From the IMG/VR virus record IMGVR_UViG_3300044557_000281, positions 26,156 through 90,155 of that record: a stretch of DNA of 64,000 bases. One strand, written 5' to 3'. This document shows, in pieces, positions 17,939-28,565 of the stretch. Below the pieces are notes generated by a model. That model did not search any database and was not told the origin of the DNA. It saw only the letters and a program-made list of their open reading frames with translations. The position numbers and the translations under genes were made by a program. How positions within the stretch are numbered: position 1 is the first letter of the stretch; each line of letters starts with the position of its first letter. Source of the stretch: a virus (taxonomy: Duplodnaviria; Caudoviricetes).

Positions 17939-18970
17939 TTAGTTTCTACGAGGGACGTTGTGTAGGTCTAAAATGTAGTACAAGCCATTCTTGTATAGGT
18001 CATACTTTAAGTACAACTCTCGTAAAGGCATTTTGGTATTCTTGTAATCATCAAGTAACTCTGCTAATGCGTCTTGGTCACCAGTAATGTGTGCCACTCT
18101 GTCTTTTAAGGCTTTACTTACATTTGCAATCCCATGACGGATTTTAATAGATTGTAATTGCCCAGCACTGATAGATTGACGTCTCATTATATCCTTAGCA
18201 GTCACTCCATGTTTAATGTCATAAACAATTTGTTGCTCTTCTCGCTCTTTTTCTGGGTCAGCGGTTACTTCATCTTCTGGTTCATCTTCAATTTCAATAG
18301 AAGTGGTAGGATTTAATGCCACCTCATTATCAAAGTATTGTAATTTAGTTGAGTCCCCTAAACCAATTGCTTCAGCTAATTCAGCTTCAGTTGCGATTTC
18401 ATCATCTTCAGATGGTTTCCACTCTGTTTGAATACATGTTCTAAAATCTGAATAGTCGAACCACTCTGCTTTTTCATCTAGCCCTTTAGGAAAAGTTTCT
18501 GGAATACAAACTGCAACACCATCTTCATGTCCGGCACCTCCGGAAAAATTGAACACTTGCATACGGCTGTACACATAACGTTTTACCTTTTCAGTGCAAT
18601 CAGCTAAATCTTCTTTTAGTGTGTCAGACACGAATTTAGCTGGTAGTGGGTAAGCGTCTATGAACTGTTGTTTAGTGAGCATGTAGAACACATTGTTACC
18701 CACTTCTCTTACGTTAGTCTCAAAGTCTCTCATTAGTTTTTCATAAGTTTCTGGTGTTGTATCTTCCTTTAATGACCACTCTTTTTGCCCAACAGGTACC
18801 ACTTTAAGGTCTTTACCGTCTATTACAGTTTCTTCTAGTGTACCATAAGGATTTTCTCGTGCATAATCTCTTACATTTTTCTCTAGTTCTTGTACAGCGG
18901 TAGCCATTGCAAAGTCTTTCACATTTTGTGATAAACGTTTTGACATAGGTTTACTTTTCACTTGTATCAC
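17939..18970 (-). CDS. Hypothetical protein with C-terminal HTH-like segments
   Basis: 343 aa; acidic linker then basic helical region. Confidence 0.8.
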   Translation of the reverse strand: MIQVKSKPMSKRLSQNVKDFAMATAVQELEKNVRDYARENPYGTLEETVIDGKDLKVVPVGQKEWSLKEDTTPETYEKLMRDFETNVREVGNNVFYMLTKQQFIDAYPLPAKFVSDTLKEDLADCTEKVKRYVYSRMQVFNFSGGAGHEDGVAVCIPETFPKGLDEKAEWFDYSDFRTCIQTEWKPSEDDEIATEAELAEAIGLGDSTKLQYFDNEVALNPTTSIEIEDEPEDEVTADPEKEREEQQIVYDIKHGVTAKDIMRRQSISAGQLQSIKIRHGIANVSKALKDRVAHITGDQDALAELLDDYKNTKMPLRELYLKYDLYKNGLYYILDLHNVPRRN

Positions 18971-19033
18971 TCCTTAACTTTATATTAGTAGTATATCAAC
19001 ATTAATAACCCTTGTCAACTACTTTTGTACAAA

Positions 19034-20429
19034 TTGAACTACCCCACCTTATTTTCAAAGAAAATTGAAGGTGGGGATTCCTAAGAACTAGACTGACTTA
19101 GAGCTATTTTTTATAGCTCCAGAGGTTATCTATATTGATTAGGCTATCCCCGTAGTCCCTACGGTTCTTTTTTTTTTATTTTAATTTAAGGCTTGATTCA
19201 GAATATTTTGTGCGGCATTGATATCTCTATCATGTGTTGTGTTACAAGAAGAGCAAGTCCATGTCCTTACGGACAATGGTTTTTTCCCGTCTATGACTCC
19301 ACAATTTGAACAGACTTGTGAACTTGGATAGAATCTATCTATCACGACAAGCTCTTTATCGTACCAATGACACTTATACTCAAGCATAGAACGAAAAGCA
19401 CCCCAAGATACATTCACAATAGCTTTTGCTAATTTATGGTTTCTCATAAGTCCTTTCACATTTAAGTCTTCAATAGCAATGAAATCATTCTCTTTCACTA
19501 TTTTTGTGCTTAACTTATGAAGAAAGTCCACTCGTTGATTGCGTACCTTTTCATGTAACTTTGCTACTTTTAGTTTTTGTTTTTGATAGTTTTTTGCCTC
19601 TGAAAGAGCTTTACCATCTCTTTTTGCTTGTTCGTATCTACGAGAAAGGATTCTTTGTTCTTTCTTTAACTGTTCTTCGGCTTTTTTGATGAAGTTAGGA
19701 TTATCTATTTTTTGCATATTCTTGTCTGTCGTAATAGCAAAATGAGTTAATCCTAAATCAATACCAATACTTTTGTTAGTCTTTTCCATTGGTTGAATGT
19801 CTTCTTCTGTTAACAACGAGATAAAGAACTTACCACTAGGATTTCTTCTTATGGTTGCAGAGATAATTCTCCCCTTAACTTCACGAGAAAGTGCAACACG
19901 AACAAGCCCTAATTTTGGAAGTTTGACCTTATTCCCCTTTATGGCAATGTTGTTGTTAACAGATTTAGTTGTGTATGATTGTCTTGAATCATGTTTTTTC
20001 TTGAATCGTGGATAATGATTCACTTTTTTGAAAAACATTTGAAATGCCTTATGTAAGTCAAAAACAGCAGTTTGAAGGGCGATTGAATCAACTTCTTTAA
20101 GAAAATCCGTCCCTTTTTTCTCGTTTGTTAAGTTCTTACTCAAGGTTTTCTTACTAGTTTTTACACCCTTTTCATAATCAGCATTCCATTGAGCTAGTGC
20201 TTTGTTATAGACAAAACGAGTGCAACCGAAAGTCTTATTGATTAAGACAGACTGTTCTTTTGTTGGATAGATTCTAAAACTGTAAGCCTTGTATGTCATT
20301 GGACTTTCGACCCCTTTCTTTACTTGTATTATACCACAAAAAGACTAAAAAGTCAACATTGTAGGGGAATTCATCTCCTCCTTAAAATCATTCTGATTTT
20401 TGAAGAAGGAGTCTTCTTCCCTTTTTTAG
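19034..20429 (-). mobile_element. IS1341-like TnpB-only IS200/IS605 element
   Basis: Right end ...GGTGGGGTAGTTCAA ends at 19034 after a hairpin; left-end hairpin near 20365-20410; left boundary approximate (after TTAT). Confidence 0.85.
19181..20299 (-). CDS. tnpB: RNA-guided endonuclease TnpB
   Basis: IGIDLG, IAIEDL, C-x2-C zinc finger, HDRDINAA. Confidence 0.97.
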   Translation of the reverse strand: MTYKAYSFRIYPTKEQSVLINKTFGCTRFVYNKALAQWNADYEKGVKTSKKTLSKNLTNEKKGTDFLKEVDSIALQTAVFDLHKAFQMFFKKVNHYPRFKKKHDSRQSYTTKSVNNNIAIKGNKVKLPKLGLVRVALSREVKGRIISATIRRNPSGKFFISLLTEEDIQPMEKTNKSIGIDLGLTHFAITTDKNMQKIDNPNFIKKAEEQLKKEQRILSRRYEQAKRDGKALSEAKNYQKQKLKVAKLHEKVRNQRVDFLHKLSTKIVKENDFIAIEDLNVKGLMRNHKLAKAIVNVSWGAFRSMLEYKCHWYDKELVVIDRFYPSSQVCSNCGVIDGKKPLSVRTWTCSSCNTTHDRDINAAQNILNQALN

Positions 20430-20450
20430 ATAAAAAAGCTAAGATTTCTC

Positions 20451-20900
20451 TTAGCTCATTTTGGTAAAACTGATTTTATCTACTGGTACTGGTTCTGTTA
20501 CCGCACTCAATTGAACAGACAATGTATCATCATCTGCTTTTAATAGGTCTTCTATAAGAGCAGAATCCTCTTTACCAGTTGTTTCATTAGTGTAGTAAAC
20601 CGTAGCTCCTACTGGATAGAGTGACGCTTCTGTGTAGTTTTCGTTCATTAAATACACAGGATATAAAGACAATGTGTTTAATGATACATCATGTAATGCC
20701 CAATACGTGCCACTCCAATTAGCAATTGTAATATCTGTATTGTAACTAATAACTGTTAAGGGCACTCGTGTTTGGTCTAACTTCACCAATACATTTGCGT
20801 CATATGTCTTTTCGTACCCCTTAATAATAATAATATCTCCATTAAACAAAGCGTCTAATGCCCCTTTAGCGGTTAGCTTCTTTAAACTGATTGATTTCAT
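20451..20900 (-). CDS. Hypothetical protein
   Basis: 149 aa, followed by a hairpin-U terminator. Confidence 0.75.
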   Translation of the reverse strand: MKSISLKKLTAKGALDALFNGDIIIIKGYEKTYDANVLVKLDQTRVPLTVISYNTDITIANWSGTYWALHDVSLNTLSLYPVYLMNENYTEASLYPVGATVYYTNETTGKEDSALIEDLLKADDDTLSVQLSAVTEPVPVDKISFTKMS

Positions 20901-20903
20901 TTA

Positions 20904-21596
20904 TTATAACTCCAATCCGGCTGATTTAAGTGCCGTAGTTATTTTTCTATCTTCTTCTGTTAAATCTAAAGTATCGTAAAACTCTTTTTCTTTCTCGTCC
21001 ATAGCTTGTAACACTTCTTCGTGTTGGTCTGCCGGCACGTACTGTAAAAGAACTTCTGTCATAGCAGACTCTTTGGCTATCCGTCTTAGATTAAGTTCAC
21101 GTAAACCTGCCATAGACAATCCTTGTAACTGATTCCCTGTAATTTTATTCTTAATTTCGATTGCTTTCATAGCAAGCGGTAGTTCCACAATATCCACGTA
21201 CTGTAATCCGGCAAAGCCTTTAGCTACAATATCATCTAATAGTTCTAAGTCATTGTAAAGCTTGCCTACACTGTCTAATGGTGCATTATACTCCTCGATA
21301 ATCTCACCATCTTTAGTAGTAGCTTTCTCCCGTTTAGGAACTAAATCAATTACATTCCCAGTCTTTCTCCGCTTATCAATTAAATCCTTTAAAGGAACAC
21401 CAGTCTCCATAGCTTCCTTACGTTTTGAATTGTAACGTGAGATAGCAGACTTACTGATTTCAAAGTCATACTCCCTACATAAATCAATAATTTCATCATA
21501 CGTCATACCATTGTCTAACGCATAGTTTACTTTAGTAGCTAATTTCTTATTGTTGTATAACTGTACTAGAATTGGTTCTTCTGTTTTTCTTGTCAT
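20904..21596 (-). CDS. Hypothetical protein with N-terminal HTH-like region
   Basis: 230 aa; MTYDEII...ISKSAISRY. Confidence 0.8.
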   Translation of the reverse strand: MTRKTEEPILVQLYNNKKLATKVNYALDNGMTYDEIIDLCREYDFEISKSAISRYNSKRKEAMETGVPLKDLIDKRRKTGNVIDLVPKREKATTKDGEIIEEYNAPLDSVGKLYNDLELLDDIVAKGFAGLQYVDIVELPLAMKAIEIKNKITGNQLQGLSMAGLRELNLRRIAKESAMTEVLLQYVPADQHEEVLQAMDEKEKEFYDTLDLTEEDRKITTALKSAGLEL

Positions 21597-21863
21597 TTTA
21601 GGTGTAACTCCTTATGCCTTAGTGTATTATCTGAAAGTCTTATGAGCCTTGCTCTATCAGCCTTCTGAAATAATATAGCAAAGTAAGCCGTGATTACTGG
21701 GTTCTAAGTAAAACACTGGCTTTCCTTTACTCTATTGTACCATAAAATGGCATTATGTGATTGTGAGTAACATGAAATAATTTCAATAACTACTACATCT
21801 AGTATTCAAAACTAGGTGTAATAGTAATGAAAACTAACACTCTTTAGTAACAAAATGAGGTAT

Positions 21864-22160
21864 CTAGTTTGCTTTCCGTAAAGCCACTCGTCCTTCTTTT
21901 AATCGAGCTAAACGAGCTTCTTGCTCGGCTACATTAGCTTTTACTGTGGCTAATCTATCGTTATTTGGTGTCACTAGCTTAGCTGAATTACGGCTCTTAC
22001 CAACCAATGTAAGGTACTTGTCAATGACTTCATGCTGTTCAGCACTTGGGGCGGCATTGAATCGGCAACGGGCTTGGACAGTACGATAGCCACCAATCTG
22101 TTCTTGTAATTCTAAGGTAATCCATGAGCGTTCTGGGCTATCTGCTTCACGTAAGAACAC
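21864..22160 (-). CDS. Hypothetical protein
   Basis: 98 aa; start uncertain. Confidence 0.55.
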   Translation of the reverse strand: MFLREADSPERSWITLELQEQIGGYRTVQARCRFNAAPSAEQHEVIDKYLTLVGKSRNSAKLVTPNNDRLATVKANVAEQEARLARLKEGRVALRKAN

Positions 22161-22201
22161 AATGACACTCGTACCATTGGCTACTTTATTGGCATAAGAA
22201 G

Positions 22202-22477
22202 CTACACATTAAATGAAAGACCCTCATCTGTTCCCAGTCCTTCGGCAATACATTCCACAGCTTTTTCATTTAAACCATTTAAAGCGGTATTAATATTTAC
22301 TTCGTTCCCTACACGAGCTTTTCCATCCATTGTGCAAGAAATTGTTCGGTCTCTGAAGTTTAAAGTAGTCGCCCATTCTGTCATTGATTCATCTTCTTCA
22401 GGTACGTTACTTCCAATAACCACAATTCCTTTTGCTCCACTAATTAAATGTATGTTGCTTGCTTTCCCATATCTCAT
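22202..22477 (-). CDS. Hypothetical protein
   Basis: Likely start MRYGK after a GG-rich RBS and a TTGACA promoter. Confidence 0.65.
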   Translation of the reverse strand: MRYGKASNIHLISGAKGIVVIGSNVPEEDESMTEWATTLNFRDRTISCTMDGKARVGNEVNINTALNGLNEKAVECIAEGLGTDEGLSFNV

Positions 22478-22580
22478 TGAACTACCCCACCTTAATTTGT
22501 ATGAGCTTATTATAACGAACAATTGTTATTCTGTCAACACTAATAAACAAAAAAAGCTAGAAATTAATCTAGCTTTCAAA

Positions 22581-22967
22581 TTAAGGCTTATGTGTTCCTA
22601 CTTTTAGAGAACCATCTTCTTGTAAAGTGGTTCGTATATCTAAAGCGGAATCTAATAATAATGTGCTGAATGAGTTATCAGCATAAATGATTTCGATAGC
22701 CGTAATGTCCCCTAAACTTAATCGGTCAAACAATTTCTCACCAGATGGTATCGTATCATATTTCTTGTTTACCCCCGGTGCTAAATAAAATTCAAAGGTG
22801 CTTAACTCTTTAGCCAGAATGGTTTTATCATGAATCGGTAATAAGCTTTCTGTAAGGGTACCGGTAATGAGGTTGTAATACTCACCGGCTAGTAAAGGGA
22901 CACCCTCCCCTGTTTCAAAGAATAATGAAATACTTCTTACTACTTTTTCTGCTCTTAGTGCTAACAT
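22581..22967 (-). CDS. Hypothetical protein
   Basis: 128 aa in an operon run. Confidence 0.75.
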   Translation of the reverse strand: MLALRAEKVVRSISLFFETGEGVPLLAGEYYNLITGTLTESLLPIHDKTILAKELSTFEFYLAPGVNKKYDTIPSGEKLFDRLSLGDITAIEIIYADNSFSTLLLDSALDIRTTLQEDGSLKVGTHKP

Positions 22968-22977
22968 AGCTTCTCTC

Positions 22978-23853
22978 CTATCGGTTCATTAATAGTACAA
23001 TGTCTTGTTCTTTTAAGTGAATGGTTACTTCTCGTGTACCGTTTTCTGCCGGACTAATCGTGATTGATTTCAACTCGTCACAATTGAATACTGTATACCC
23101 ACCTAATTGTTTAATAATGTAATTTCCGTCCATTTCCTGAAAGATTACATTGGAAGTTTCTGGTAATAGTACACTCACCACGTTACGAACATAAAGACTA
23201 GTCTGTAAAATGATGTTATTGGTCATTACAGGCTTGCACAAGGCTTCTATTATCTTCTTGGAGTCTCTTAGGTTATGATGTCCCTCCAAGCCCCCTAAGA
23301 ACGTCTCACCGTCATATTCACGCTCTTTAAACAAAAGGATTAAATCATGACTGAACGGTAACTCGGTTGCTTCTATGCTCACACCAGACCCCTGTAAGCG
23401 GACTTCATAATAGGTCTTGCCTGCTATGGTGATAGTAGCTCGTTCGATTGTATCGGTGTCATATACAGTAGTGAAAACATAATCCTGTACATTACTAAAT
23501 GAGCTTTTCATAAGCAACATATCTGTTCCTAAATCAGATTCCACCTCTGGTGCTTTAAAGTCTGTCACGGCTGTTCCTAGACTATAATACTCCATTAGGA
23601 ATTTTAAACGTGACAGTTCGTTGTCTGTTGTTTCACCGGGTGTAGGGGTGAATGTAATGTTCACGTCTACTGTTTTGCCATTGAAGTGAATCTCATCTAT
23701 AAATGGTTTGATTGGTAATGGGTCTTGGGCGTTACTTGGAATATAAGTAGCCCCTACTAGGGTTAAGTAACTCCCTAAGTACGGTTCCTTTTCTCCATTT
23801 AACATTTTCTTTAATGTATTGGCTTGGATATGCTTTCCAGTTGCATTAATCAA
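22978..23853 (-). CDS. Hypothetical protein
   Basis: 291 aa, coupled to the upstream gene. Confidence 0.8.
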   Translation of the reverse strand: MINATGKHIQANTLKKMLNGEKEPYLGSYLTLVGATYIPSNAQDPLPIKPFIDEIHFNGKTVDVNITFTPTPGETTDNELSRLKFLMEYYSLGTAVTDFKAPEVESDLGTDMLLMKSSFSNVQDYVFTTVYDTDTIERATITIAGKTYYEVRLQGSGVSIEATELPFSHDLILLFKEREYDGETFLGGLEGHHNLRDSKKIIEALCKPVMTNNIILQTSLYVRNVVSVLLPETSNVIFQEMDGNYIIKQLGGYTVFNCDELKSITISPAENGTREVTIHLKEQDIVLLMNR

Positions 23854-24332
23854 TAGAAGTTCCTCCCTTTTCTTGCGGTATTATTTGGTTTAAGTGGTTT
23901 GCCTTTAATCCCTTTTCCAGCTAAATGCTTATCACGGAACACAAAAATAAGCTGAATGGCCTTATAAGTACGTAAGACCTGAATGGATAGTTTCCCTATC
24001 GAGTGCGCTCCTAAACTCACATAGTATACTGTAGAAACAGAAGCTAATGTTTGGGTAGTTTTTCTGGTCTTGTACTTCAAGTGCTCTTTAGGTACTTTAG
24101 CATAATCAGCTACCATGTCAAGTCCATAATCTAATTTTAATTCCACGTCACGTTCTGTCACATTTGCAAAAGATTCTACAAAAGCTAAGTCATAATTCCC
24201 TTTAAATGAGGCTTTTCTCGTCTTAGCAATCTTTCGTTTGTCTACATTAGGAACAAGGTTTAGGGCTTGGTTACGAGTGGTTTTAGACCGTCCGAACTTA
24301 TTCCCTTTAAATTTATTCTTGTCTACCATCAC
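23850..24332 (-). CDS. Basic hypothetical protein
   Basis: 160 aa, coupled ORFs. Confidence 0.8.
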   Translation of the reverse strand: MMVDKNKFKGNKFGRSKTTRNQALNLVPNVDKRKIAKTRKASFKGNYDLAFVESFANVTERDVELKLDYGLDMVADYAKVPKEHLKYKTRKTTQTLASVSTVYYVSLGAHSIGKLSIQVLRTYKAIQLIFVFRDKHLAGKGIKGKPLKPNNTARKGRNFY

Positions 24333-25054
24333 TTAATCCCTCCTTTTTTAAAGTGTTGAATTTTAATCACTTTATTCGAGAACCGTCTATGGTAAATGAA
24401 GTTATCACAAAATAGTTTATTGGCTCCCTCTTCCCCTACACGTTTAATGAGGGATTTTATAACCAATGTTTTACTCATGTCACGACCAATTACTTTCCTT
24501 TCATAGGAAGGCATTGACGTTTGACTTTTAAAACTCCGGTAAGTTAAGTCATTGGCTTTTGCTATAGCATGGGCTGGCTTCCTAAACATGCCATAAGTGG
24601 CTACTAGTTCTGCTTTCCATAAAATATCTAATGTGTTGAACACATTCTTGTACGGGCTTAGTCGAGTAGGTCTGTAAATTCCTAACATAGGCTTCCCTTT
24701 GAACTCAATGTACGAGATAATACCTACGTGCGTGTGTTGGTAGCGTTTTAGTATCTGTTCTACCTTTTCTACATGGTCGTCATGACAAAGTACATACACG
24801 TAGTCACACACCTTTTCATAGTTGTGCAACTGTTTGTTTAACCGATTCGTAGTATCACGTTCGGTCTTGATTTCTACCCCTATGACCCCCTTTTTCTCGG
24901 TACAGATTAAAGCGTCCATAATGGTTTTTCCACGCATAATTGCCTTTTCAAACACAATAGCAGACTTCCCAATATCCCCAAAAATATCTTCATTCACTAA
25001 TAGGGAATCTTTAATATCTTGCTCTAAAAACTTAGTCAAATTTAATCCCACCAA
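24329..25054 (-). CDS. PD-(D/E)xK nuclease-like protein (sce7726-like)
   Basis: MDAL...GVEIKTERD...RL.KQL.NY. Confidence 0.65.
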   Translation of the reverse strand: MVGLNLTKFLEQDIKDSLLVNEDIFGDIGKSAIVFEKAIMRGKTIMDALICTEKKGVIGVEIKTERDTTNRLNKQLHNYEKVCDYVYVLCHDDHVEKVEQILKRYQHTHVGIISYIEFKGKPMLGIYRPTRLSPYKNVFNTLDILWKAELVATYGMFRKPAHAIAKANDLTYRSFKSQTSMPSYERKVIGRDMSKTLVIKSLIKRVGEEGANKLFCDNFIYHRRFSNKVIKIQHFKKGGIK

Positions 25055-25601
25055 ACCAGATTTGTTTATTCACTAGATATTTCTCAATAGCGTCTGATAA
25101 ATCTACTACGGCAGTGAACCATTCAATGGAGTCAAATGAGATAAAGACCCCTGTACGATTGCCTTGTTCTAAGGTTTTACCATCCGCTAAAATTCTGTCT
25201 TGGGTACGTTCATAAAACCCTTTTCCTAAGTGTCCGGTGAAAGTGTCTTGTCCGAAATACACCATATCCATGAACAAAGGTGGGTAATCATGATTACGGT
25301 ATTGCTTCTTAACCCCTTTAAGGGTATTAGCAAGTTGCCCTAGTAGTGTGTCTTGCCGATAAGCTAATTTATATTCTTTTTGTACAAAAGCTTTGATTGG
25401 TGGCATTGCATTTGGCTGTGCTTTAAACACAGAAATCATTTCTATATCTTGAGCTTCTCCTACTACTTCCACTATATATAACGGGCGTTCTTTATTGGTG
25501 ACACAGGTTTTTCCTTGTAAGCGCATTTCATAAATAACGCCCCTACGGATTAATTTAGGGGCGTTGGTTAGGTCTACAAGGGCTTTGTTGTTTTCTTCCA
25601 A
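25032..25601 (-). CDS. Hypothetical protein
   Basis: 189 aa in an operon run. Confidence 0.75.
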   Translation of the reverse strand: MEENNKALVDLTNAPKLIRRGVIYEMRLQGKTCVTNKERPLYIVEVVGEAQDIEMISVFKAQPNAMPPIKAFVQKEYKLAYRQDTLLGQLANTLKGVKKQYRNHDYPPLFMDMVYFGQDTFTGHLGKGFYERTQDRILADGKTLEQGNRTGVFISFDSIEWFTAVVDLSDAIEKYLVNKQIWFGGIKFD

Positions 25602-25607
25602 CTAACA

Positions 25608-25976
25608 TCAGTCCTTCATGTTTTTTGCTGTACGTTGTACAATATATCGTATCATAAGTGTTTTAATAACAGTGAGTAAGAAGCGTGTCACCAAGTCCTG
25701 AATGATTAATAACAGTACAACTACTAAAATAATAATCATAGATGGTGCATGACTTACTGCACTATCTAAGATAAAGTGGGTCATAATCGGTTTTAAAATA
25801 GTAGAAGTTAAAATAACTTTAATAATGAACTCTAAGACTAGGAACACATAAGAACTAGTCGGCAACGGGCTTCCACCCTCTGCTACCACTTCTCGTTCTC
25901 TATGCACGGTAACAGAATAGCCACGCAACATATTAAAGATTAATACGGCATAGACCACATTGAATATATTTTGCAA
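25608..25976 (-). CDS. Membrane protein
   Basis: Three hydrophobic segments. Confidence 0.75.
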   Translation of the reverse strand: MQNIFNVVYAVLIFNMLRGYSVTVHREREVVAEGGSPLPTSSYVFLVLEFIIKVILTSTILKPIMTHFILDSAVSHAPSMIIILVVVLLLIIQDLVTRFLLTVIKTLMIRYIVQRTAKNMKD

Positions 25977-25979
25977 AAT

Positions 25980-26342
25980 TTAGTCTTCCTCCTTATCTCG
26001 TTGAGTAATCGTCCACTCGTGTTTATAAGGAATAGGGATTGTAAACATTGGTCTAAATATTGGTTTAGTTGACAACATTTGAATGAAGTCCTCGAAAGTA
26101 TCTACATACACAGTGCCATTAGCCCCTATAGAGATAATATCTCCAATGTAAGCAGTTCTGGTTACACCATCTACTGGTTGTAACTTAATCATAGTAGAGA
26201 ACACTCCTAGCCCCAATAAGCGCCAATTAGAATGACTTAAATCAAGTAAAATGTCTGCATTATCTATCAGCTCACTGGTCACTAAGTAGGTGGTTACTCT
26301 TTCCCCTAAACGGGTACACGTTGTGGTTAGCTCTTGTCTCAT
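25980..26342 (-). CDS. Hypothetical protein
   Basis: 120 aa, AAGGAG RBS. Confidence 0.75.
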   Translation of the reverse strand: MRQELTTTCTRLGERVTTYLVTSELIDNADILLDLSHSNWRLLGLGVFSTMIKLQPVDGVTRTAYIGDIISIGANGTVYVDTFEDFIQMLSTKPIFRPMFTIPIPYKHEWTITQRDKEED

Positions 26343-26354
26343 AAGTTTTCTCCT

Positions 26355-27608
26355 TTATTTAAGAAATACGGTATGTTGTACAATGCCATCTAAATCTTTT
26401 CCTAAGACAAACATAGTCTGGCTAGGTGTTGTTTCTGGTAGTTTTAACTCTTTCGAGTAGTTGTTGGCTCCCATTGTGCTTGAGCAGACAATTTGTAACC
26501 GTTCATAATCTTCTTGTTGTACAGAATAATTATGCACGTGACCAGTAAGTAGAATATCTATTGGGTGGTCTTTCATTACTTTTGTAATGTTATCTCCTTT
26601 TCCTTTTAAATGGTCTCCGTGGTCTACGGCTATTGTTTTTCCACACGAGGTATACTCGGCGTAGTAAACATCTTTTCTATTATCATAAATCGTGACGTTT
26701 TGTAATGACCCAAGTTCTTGTGCTAATAACAAGCTATCTAAGATTAAGTAGCCGGCATTGTCATTGTAAACTGCGTCTTTCTTATTGCCTTGAAAACGGT
26801 CGTGATTGCCACCTACCATATAATAATTCGTGGTTGTGAGTTGTGACACGTCTGTTAGAAAATCTAAAAGAAGTCTGGTGGCTTTGGCTATCTGCTCTGT
26901 TGCCGGAAACTCTGCTTCAAATGCTTGGTTCACATTCCGCATATTAATATGTTCGATAGTGTCCCCTAAGTTTACTACATTTATCTTAGTGACTTGATAA
27001 AGTTTTGCTATCTTCACAATCTGTTCTTGGTATTGATTAAGGCGGTCTCTTAGCTTAGTGAAGTTATAACCGCCTGTTCTGGTGTTGTAAACTAACGCTC
27101 CTACGTGCCAATCAGATAACATAACTGTCAGTTCACGTTCAGCGCCCTTAGCTTGCGTTCTAAGCGGTTTTAATGGTTTAGATGGAAGAATACACAGACC
27201 ATCCTTAAAAGCGCTTAGAAGCTGTTTTCTGGACTCCTCAACGAGTAATTGTAAATAAGTTCCTTCACGTTGTAGTTTATTAAACTCTCGTTTATCTGCT
27301 AAGACTTTTTCATGTGTAATAGCATAAGGGGAAATAAGACTATCCACTTGTTCTTCTAACCCTATTTTAAGGTCGTCTAGTGTATAAGTACCTTGCATAA
27401 AGTCCATGAATACTTCACTATAAAGTGGTTTAGTATTCACTAACGCCATCAGGTCTTGGGCTTCTTCTTTATTAATCTTATCCAGATTAAATTCCTCACC
27501 TATTTTATTAATTTTAGGTAGGTTAGCTTTCCCAAATGTTTTTACACAGTAACCAATGATAGCTACTGTTGTGTAGTCTTCATTGGCTTTAATTGCTTTA
27601 ATGTCCAA
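26355..27608 (-). CDS. Calcineurin-like metallophosphoesterase
   Basis: SDWHVG, LGDTIE, GNHDR, HGD, TGHVH. Confidence 0.9.
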   Translation of the reverse strand: MDIKAIKANEDYTTVAIIGYCVKTFGKANLPKINKIGEEFNLDKINKEEAQDLMALVNTKPLYSEVFMDFMQGTYTLDDLKIGLEEQVDSLISPYAITHEKVLADKREFNKLQREGTYLQLLVEESRKQLLSAFKDGLCILPSKPLKPLRTQAKGAERELTVMLSDWHVGALVYNTRTGGYNFTKLRDRLNQYQEQIVKIAKLYQVTKINVVNLGDTIEHINMRNVNQAFEAEFPATEQIAKATRLLLDFLTDVSQLTTTNYYMVGGNHDRFQGNKKDAVYNDNAGYLILDSLLLAQELGSLQNVTIYDNRKDVYYAEYTSCGKTIAVDHGDHLKGKGDNITKVMKDHPIDILLTGHVHNYSVQQEDYERLQIVCSSTMGANNYSKELKLPETTPSQTMFVLGKDLDGIVQHTVFLK

Positions 27609-27677
27609 GTTAAATCCTCCAGTTGTATGTTATAAACTAAGTATAGCACACTCCCGTTTGTTTCCTTTATCTATAGT

Positions 27678-28565
27678 TTAGAATAGTTGTAAAGTATTGT
27701 TAATAGCAGAAGCCATCATATCTACTGTATTGTCTAACCAACACACAGCCGTATGCTGTTTTCCTTTAGCACTAGGCGTAAGTAATTTGCCATATGCCAC
27801 AGCACTCACTTCACCGTAGGCGCGAATAGTGAACATATCCTGTTTTCCCGAATGACTTCCAAGGAATACAACACCGCTCTCATTATCAGCTTGCTTCATA
27901 GAGGTCATTAACAGATGAGCCAACTCATTGTTGTACCGTTCATTGTACGTCACACCCACTAAGACTTTTGAATTAGTGTGGAAATAGCTTACACGGTTAG
28001 GTTTATTAGCTAAGTCCATACAATAGTCATAGACTTGTTTCCCCCGTGAGTGTATTAAGTAGTTTAATGTACTGAATGGTGAGGCTTCATTGTTTGCTAA
28101 AACACTCCACCAATGAACACTGTTTTCTTCTAATGAGTAGTGTAGCCCTACAGCAGAAACAAATAATGGGTCTTCTGTCTTGTACGCATGGTACATTTGA
28201 ATAAGGTTAAGAAATAACTCCATCCTTTTCTGGCTGTTATAATCAAAGTGAAAGAAGTTTCTTTGGTTTAACCACTCATATAGTAAGACTGTTGGGGATA
28301 GTCTTTCATGGTAGAGGTCTTGGTAATTAGTTGGTGGTCTGGTTTTAGATTCCTCACCATATGACCCTACCCGTAATATTTGCTTGGCGTACTCTACTTG
28401 GTTCCATTCCGTTTTGTCAAAATAAGAGTTCCCAGTAATGACTATATCTTCTGTCCCTATTAAGCTAGTGCTCTCTAGTGGTAACACAGGAACTTCGGTA
28501 TAGTTTGCAATAATAGTTAGCTCTTTTGTTAGCGTGGCTTTTGTTTGTTTAATATAGATGGTCAT
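27678..28565 (-). CDS. Hypothetical protein (possible DHH/DHHA1-like)
   Basis: Start moved to the ATG after AAAGGAGG; family call is tentative. Confidence 0.7.
   Translation of the reverse strand: MTIYIKQTKATLTKELTIIANYTEVPVLPLESTSLIGTEDIVITGNSYFDKTEWNQVEYAKQILRVGSYGEESKTRPPTNYQDLYHERLSPTVLLYEWLNQRNFFHFDYNSQKRMELFLNLIQMYHAYKTEDPLFVSAVGLHYSLEENSVHWWSVLANNEASPFSTLNYLIHSRGKQVYDYCMDLANKPNRVSYFHTNSKVLVGVTYNERYNNELAHLLMTSMKQADNESGVVFLGSHSGKQDMFTIRAYGEVSAVAYGKLLTPSAKGKQHTAVCWLDNTVDMMASAINNTLQLF

Noticed and set aside
19014-19033. TnpB guide silencing many early promoters through the shared AGTAGTTGAC
   Set aside because: The shared word is distal in the guide; the proximal seed TTTGTACAAA was not seen at the other promoters.
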